Part shown: positions 61,118 through 64,000 of the stretch, piece after piece
How positions within the stretch are numbered: the first letter of the stretch is position 1
Layout: every line of letters starts with the position of its first letter
NCBI GenBank assembly: GCA_027319565.1
Contig: DAHVNA010000001.1
Location: 159,886-223,885, forward strand
Length of the DNA stretch: 64,000 bases
Direction of reading: 5' to 3'
Source: Elusimicrobiota bacterium
Lineage (GTDB): Bacteria > Elusimicrobiota > Elusimicrobia > UBA1565 > UBA9628
Notes under the pieces: generated by a model
The model's input: the letters and a program-made list of their open reading frames with translations, nothing else
Told to the model about the DNA's origin: nothing
Databases searched by the model: none
Made by a program: the position numbers and the translations under genes

Positions 61118-62089
61118 ATGCCAAATGCTATTCGCCTTGATAAAATCGGAGGACCGGAAAATCTTAAATGGGTGGAGGTTCCGCTCGCCTCTCCGGGACC
61201 CGGAGAGGTTTTAGTCCGCAATACGGCCGTTGGTCTCAATTATATCGATACTTATTTTCGCAGCGGCCTTTATCCTACGCCCTTGCCGGCTATTCTAGGG
61301 ATGGAAGGCGCCGGACGAGTTGAAAAAATCGGGCCTGGGGTGGAAGGCTTAAAACCGGGAGATCGCGTGGCCTATGCCAGTCCGATAGGGGCGTATTGCG
61401 AAGTCTTATTGCGTCCGGCCGACAGGCTGGTCAAAATTCCCGATGCCATTGATGATAAGACTGCGGCCGCGATCATGCTCAAGGGCATGACGGCGTGGTA
61501 TCTTTTGAGGCGCACTTTTCCAGTAAAGCCGGGACAGCGAATTTTGATGCATGCGGCGGCGGGAGGAGTGGGATTAATTCTTTGCCAATGGGCGGCTAAA
61601 ATCGGGGCTGAGGTTATTGGCGTGGTCGGCTCGGAAGAAAAGGCCGGTTTAGCGCGAAAAGCGGGCTGCGCTCACGTCATTATTTCCTCGCGCGAAAATT
61701 TCGTTGAGCGGGTTCGGGAAATCACGAAGGGAGAAGGCGTTCCGGTGGTTTATGACGGGGTGGGAAAAGAGACCTTCAGTGGTTCTTTGGACTGTTTGTC
61801 GGTGCGTGGACTCATGGTGAGTTTTGGCAACGCCTCTGGGCCCGTGCCGCCTTTTGATATCGGAGTTTTAGGGCAAAAAGGCTCTTTGTTTTTAACGCGG
61901 GCTTCTCTGGCTCATTACACCTCAAGGCGAGAAGACCTTTTGGAGGCTGCTCGCGATCTTTTTAGCGTGGTCGCCGACGGAGGAGTCAAGATATTTATCA
62001 ACCAGACCTATCCTTTGCGCGAGGCTGCCAAGGCGCATCAGGATCTGGAGGATCGCAAAACGACCGGTTCTACGGTTTTATTACCCTAG
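61118..62089 (+). CDS. qor: NADPH:quinone oxidoreductase (zeta-crystallin family)
   Basis: GLNYIDTY.RSGLY, AAAGGVG, VYDGVGK, RKTTGS. Confidence 0.93.
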   Translation: MPNAIRLDKIGGPENLKWVEVPLASPGPGEVLVRNTAVGLNYIDTYFRSGLYPTPLPAILGMEGAGRVEKIGPGVEGLKPGDRVAYASPIGAYCEVLLRPADRLVKIPDAIDDKTAAAIMLKGMTAWYLLRRTFPVKPGQRILMHAAAGGVGLILCQWAAKIGAEVIGVVGSEEKAGLARKAGCAHVIISSRENFVERVREITKGEGVPVVYDGVGKETFSGSLDCLSVRGLMVSFGNASGPVPPFDIGVLGQKGSLFLTRASLAHYTSRREDLLEAARDLFSVVADGGVKIFINQTYPLREAAKAHQDLEDRKTTGSTVLLP

Positions 62090-62168
62090 ACGAGCGCTAG
62101 AATGGCGCCGCGATAGGGAGAGCCGAAACCCTGCATCCGCGGGAAGTGTTGTAAAATAAAGCCCGAGC

Positions 62169-62205
62169 GGGCCGTTAGCTCAGCGGTAGAGCGTTCGCCT
62201 TACAC
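62169..62205 (+). tRNA. tRNA-Val(TAC) 5' half only, interrupted after the anticodon loop
   Basis: GGGCCGT-TA-GCTC-AGCGGTA-GAGC-G-TTCGC-CTTACAC; the expected GCGAA, T-arm and ACGGCCC are absent downstream. Confidence 0.85.
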
Positions 62206-62293
62206 CCATGCCGGAACTTTTTGACAGAGTTTGATATTTTTTGTTTGTCGTCGAGAAACGCGCAATTTCGTTTTGTTGGCTTTTGCTCATTTT

Positions 62294-62334
62294 TGGTGCC
62301 AAATGATGGCCATTTGGCACCAGGAATGGCACCA
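62294..62334. repeat. TGGCACCA inverted and direct repeats (integrase arm-site-like)
   Basis: TGGTGCCAAATG-N5-CATTTGGCACCA plus a direct TGGCACCA 12 bp later. Confidence 0.6.
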
Positions 62335-62430
62335 AATTTTGCGGAGGCGTCAGGGTCATTTTTTCGGCAAAACTAAATTTTTCGCCGCGCCTTTCGTGCA
62401 AATTTTTGACATTGTCGTTTCCTCCTGGAC

Positions 62431-62802
62431 TTAGGCGGATTTGAGGTAGGTGTCCAGCAGCTGGAATGCCGCGTCGATATCTTCTGAAATACCGCAATCG
62501 CGCGCGAGCGCGGCGAGAAGCGACTCATTCAAGGGCCTCCCCGGAGAAAGAACTTCGCCTAAGGCCATGTCGATGTCCTTGGTTGCGCGCGCTTCCTTCA
62601 TTCTCAGTTCAAGGGCGTATCCGCCTTTAAGCGCCCATGGGGCCTTGTTGCGCGCAAAGAGCCTGGCTAAGAATCGATCAAAGGCGATTTCCCGGCGGAG
62701 GCGCTCGATAGGTAGATTCTCCTTTTGGGCGATCAGCCTGAGTCTATCTTCCAAAGCGCGACGGAACGCCGTCGCGGTCGCGTATTTTTGCGCCTTCTCC
62801 AT
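62431..62802 (-). pseudogene. abiEii: AbiEii-type nucleotidyltransferase toxin, internally deleted (123 aa)
   Basis: FDRFLARL, WALKGG.ALELR, R.TKDID; ATG overlaps the antitoxin TGA. Confidence 0.8.
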
Positions 62803-63422
62803 CAGTGATCCTTTATGAATTCTAGGATTTTTTTCTTCACGTCGTCTGATATCCTGGTGTCGGCCGCGATTTTCGATTGGCTGATAAGCCCGCGCTGGAG
62901 AGCTTCCCGCGCCGCTTGGCGGAGAAAGGTGTCCTCTACATAGCCCGCCGCGACCAGATCGGCGATAGTCTTTAGCGGTTTTGTCACCCAAAACCCCCGC
63001 GCGTCCTCAATCTCATCTTCGTAAAGTATGCCCCGATGCAGAACTAGGACTTGGGGGATGGGAGCGCTTCTTCGGAAATCAGGAGGAACGGTCATGTGGA
63101 GTTTTGGCGGATTGAGATCCGAAAGATTGTAGAAGCTCAGGGCGGTCTCATGGGAATACACCCCCTGCGGTTTATCCGTTCGGTCTCGGGACCATAGCGA
63201 CCAGGCGATCATGTCAGGGCGCTCCGTGATTGGAAATTTCGACAGGCGATAGACGCCCCGGCATTCTCGAATCCAATTGCCGCAGCGGACATGGTAATAG
63301 TGGTTCTTTTCATCGAAGCCAGCGGCCTCGGCTTGCTTGGCGGTAAAATACCCTTGTTGCCTCTCAGCGATTTCAAAGAGGCGATCAAAGGATTTTTTAT
63401 AAGGGTGTTGGATTGTAGGCAT
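62802..63422 (-). CDS. abiEi: AbiEi-type antitoxin of a type IV toxin-antitoxin system
   Basis: QQGYFT..QA...G, RGVYRL, SHETAL...LSD..P, T.PL.TIAD. Confidence 0.9.
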   Translation of the reverse strand: MPTIQHPYKKSFDRLFEIAERQQGYFTAKQAEAAGFDEKNHYYHVRCGNWIRECRGVYRLSKFPITERPDMIAWSLWSRDRTDKPQGVYSHETALSFYNLSDLNPPKLHMTVPPDFRRSAPIPQVLVLHRGILYEDEIEDARGFWVTKPLKTIADLVAAGYVEDTFLRQAAREALQRGLISQSKIAADTRISDDVKKKILEFIKDH

Positions 63423-63426
63423 ACAC

Positions 63427-63522
63427 TAATACCGTAATTTCTACGGATATTATGCGTTAAATAAGTAATTAAGTCAAGGGGGACTGTTCCTCATAAACAC
63501 CGTATTTTTTACGGTGTTTATG
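63427..63522 (-). promoter_or_regulatory. abiE promoter with two CCGTA-N5-TACGG inverted-repeat operators
   Basis: TTGACT (63477-63472)-N17-CATAAT (63454-63449); IR1 about 63427-63452; IR2 CATAAACACCGTA-N5-TACGGTGTTTATG at 63492-63522. Confidence 0.8.
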
Positions 63523-63884
63523 CAATGGCAAAGCCGCGCTATCGCTGTCCTTGGCTCTGTCTCCCAGCCGATTCCTGATCCAAAAAACCAGTCCTTGACT
63601 CCCGGTGAACCCAAAACCTCCCCGACTTCCAAACCTTTTCGAACATTAATCGAACCCTAAACCCCCAGCCCTTCGGTCTCAAACTCTCATCCTGATCCTC
63701 CCGTTTCCGGCCGCTCACCAACCTATCCTCATGACATTTCTTCGCTCAACTCAACCCTTGTTTCTCGTACCACCCAACCCAAACCTGCCCTCCTTTCCTT
63801 CCACTTTTAAGCTCGCTCCTAACCATTTTCATCCCAACTTCCCGCCTCCTCTTTCCTTAATTTCCTGCCCTCAACCCCCGCCGT

Positions 63885-63950
63885 CCTCCTGACCACAGCA
63901 CCACATTTCACCACTATTTTTAATGTGGTTGTGGGGGTGTGGTCAGGAGG
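63885..63950. repeat. 13-bp inverted repeat enclosing CCAC/GTGG repeats
   Basis: CCTCCTGACCACA (63885-63897) and TGTGGTCAGGAGG (63938-63950). Confidence 0.75.
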
Positions 63951-64000
63951 CTTAAGCGGCTTTTCGCGCCAAGAGGCGGGGCAAAAAAAGCAGGAAATAT

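Larger units (their letters stand above)
62206..64000. mobile_element. Left end of a putative tRNA-integrated genomic island
   Basis: Begins at the tRNA break; arm-site-like repeats; AbiE toxin-antitoxin genes; no integrase within the window. Confidence 0.6.

Noticed and set aside
62206..62430. Group I intron in tRNA-Val
   Set aside because: No recognisable core helices and no 3' exon in the remaining 1.8 kb; the sequence leads into toxin-antitoxin genes
62803..62991. N-terminal extension of the 186-aa ORF 62431..62991
   Set aside because: It overlaps the antitoxin; the coupled ATG at 62802 is the plausible start

Overview
Mostly housekeeping chromosome of a diderm bacterium (LPS heptose genes, TonB/ExbBD, SurA). 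Gene style suggests Elusimicrobiota, which is an inference and was not tested. The window holds an OmpA-ExbB-ExbD-ExbD-TonB cluster, nucleoside/nucleobase transporters, a desaturase, ahcY, gmhA/rfaE2, thyX, glgC, phoH/ybeY, surA/ppiC/mfd/hemC, alr, hemerythrin-coxB-coxA, ychF, rlmD, carAB, nuoGHI followed by a c-di-AMP cyclase and DHH phosphodiesterase, yyaL, hutI and qor. At the right end a tRNA-Val(TAC) 5' half is followed by an island carrying a damaged AbiE toxin-antitoxin pair. Main signals: (1) a kinase and an MFS-like protein 28 kb apart share an identically spaced bipartite promoter motif and a leader of signal peptide, low-complexity linker and 'LFD', a candidate co-regulated exported-effector class; (2) an A1-type heme-copper oxidase lacks the K-channel lysine and an adjacent subunit III, and sits behind a perfect FNR-like palindrome with a variant hemerythrin; (3) a 1.4 kb operon fragment lies between two identical 61-bp REP-like repeats; (4) the tRNA is split at the anticodon loop with no 3' half in the window; (5) many genes have leaderless promoter architecture. 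No CRISPR array or rRNA was seen.
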